A DNA stretch of 63,705 nucleotides, filler included, from Lama guanicoe (lineage: Eukaryota): NCBI GenBank assembly GCA_013239625.1. It is 153 parts of 153 records of this genome, joined end to end, with 100 filler letters (N's around TTAATTAATTAA, not from the genome) between each part and the next. Parts side by side here need not be neighbours in the genome. Positions count along the whole stretch, not along the records: positions 63,388 to 63,705 come from PNXV01055780.1; 152 more parts are not named here. One strand, 5' to 3'. The first letter of the stretch is position 1. Each line of letters opens with the position of its first letter. This document shows, piece by piece, positions 63,288-63,705 of the stretch. Under the pieces are notes generated by a model. The model was given only the letters and a program-made list of their open reading frames with translations. It ran no database searches and was not told where the DNA came from. A program made the translations under genes and the position numbers.

Positions 63288-63705
63288 NNNNNNNNNNNNN
63301 NNNNNNNNNNNNNNNNNNNNNNNNNNNNNNNTTAATTAATTAANNNNNNNNNNNNNNNNNNNNNNNNNNNNNNNNNNNNNNNNNNNNATGGAGTCAGATT
63401 TGTTCTTTTCTGTTACAGTTTTAGCATTTTAAGTCCCACATCCTGAGAAATCCCTCAGTCCCAGGCAAACCCAGATGGTTGGTCACCCCAGCTGCTCTCC
63501 TTTCTCTCCTCCGGCCCAAATCTGATCATAGTTTAAAGCCTCCTTCATGTCTTCCCAACCTCCCCAGCCCCCTCTGGGGAGTCCTTTGGTGTTTAGTTCT
63601 CCCACTGAGCACTCAAGTGGTGGCCACTTTCTTCACACATGGATGCCTACCAAGCTCACCTGGCTGATTGAGGCTGAGGATTTTCCATAATGCCCAGGGC
63701 AACAA

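Overview
This window is not contiguous genomic DNA. It is an artificial concatenation of about 153 unrelated short contigs, sorted by length (mostly 316 bp up to ~10.7 kb, 317 bp to ~42.4 kb, 318 bp afterwards). They are joined by an identical 100-nt linker, N44-TTAATTAATTAA-N44, a palindrome with TAA stops in all six frames. Neighbouring features therefore have no biological relationship. The DNA is mammalian, and Vic-1-type tRNA-derived SINEs point to a camelid (camel/alpaca/llama). Most contigs are intergenic or repeat-derived (LINE-1, L2, L3/CR1, ERV1/ERVL LTRs, MER20, Tigger, microsatellites, a ~247-250 bp satellite). Recognisable gene fragments: three family-4 olfactory receptors, RPL27 exon 2 with intron 1, an ENAH exon, the terminal ZP-domain exon of DMBT1, a filaggrin-like repeat, the 3' end of a U1 snRNA gene with a 3'-box-like element, and a probable OTUD3 retrocopy 5' junction. 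I found no evidence of a novel multi-gene system. The items most worth a second look are a CpG-undepleted AT-rich contig that looks non-mammalian, the OTUD3 retrocopy junction, a strongly GC-shifted L1 relic, the satellite family and a ~3.5% divergent duplicate contig pair. All gene and repeat names are from recall, not from database searches.
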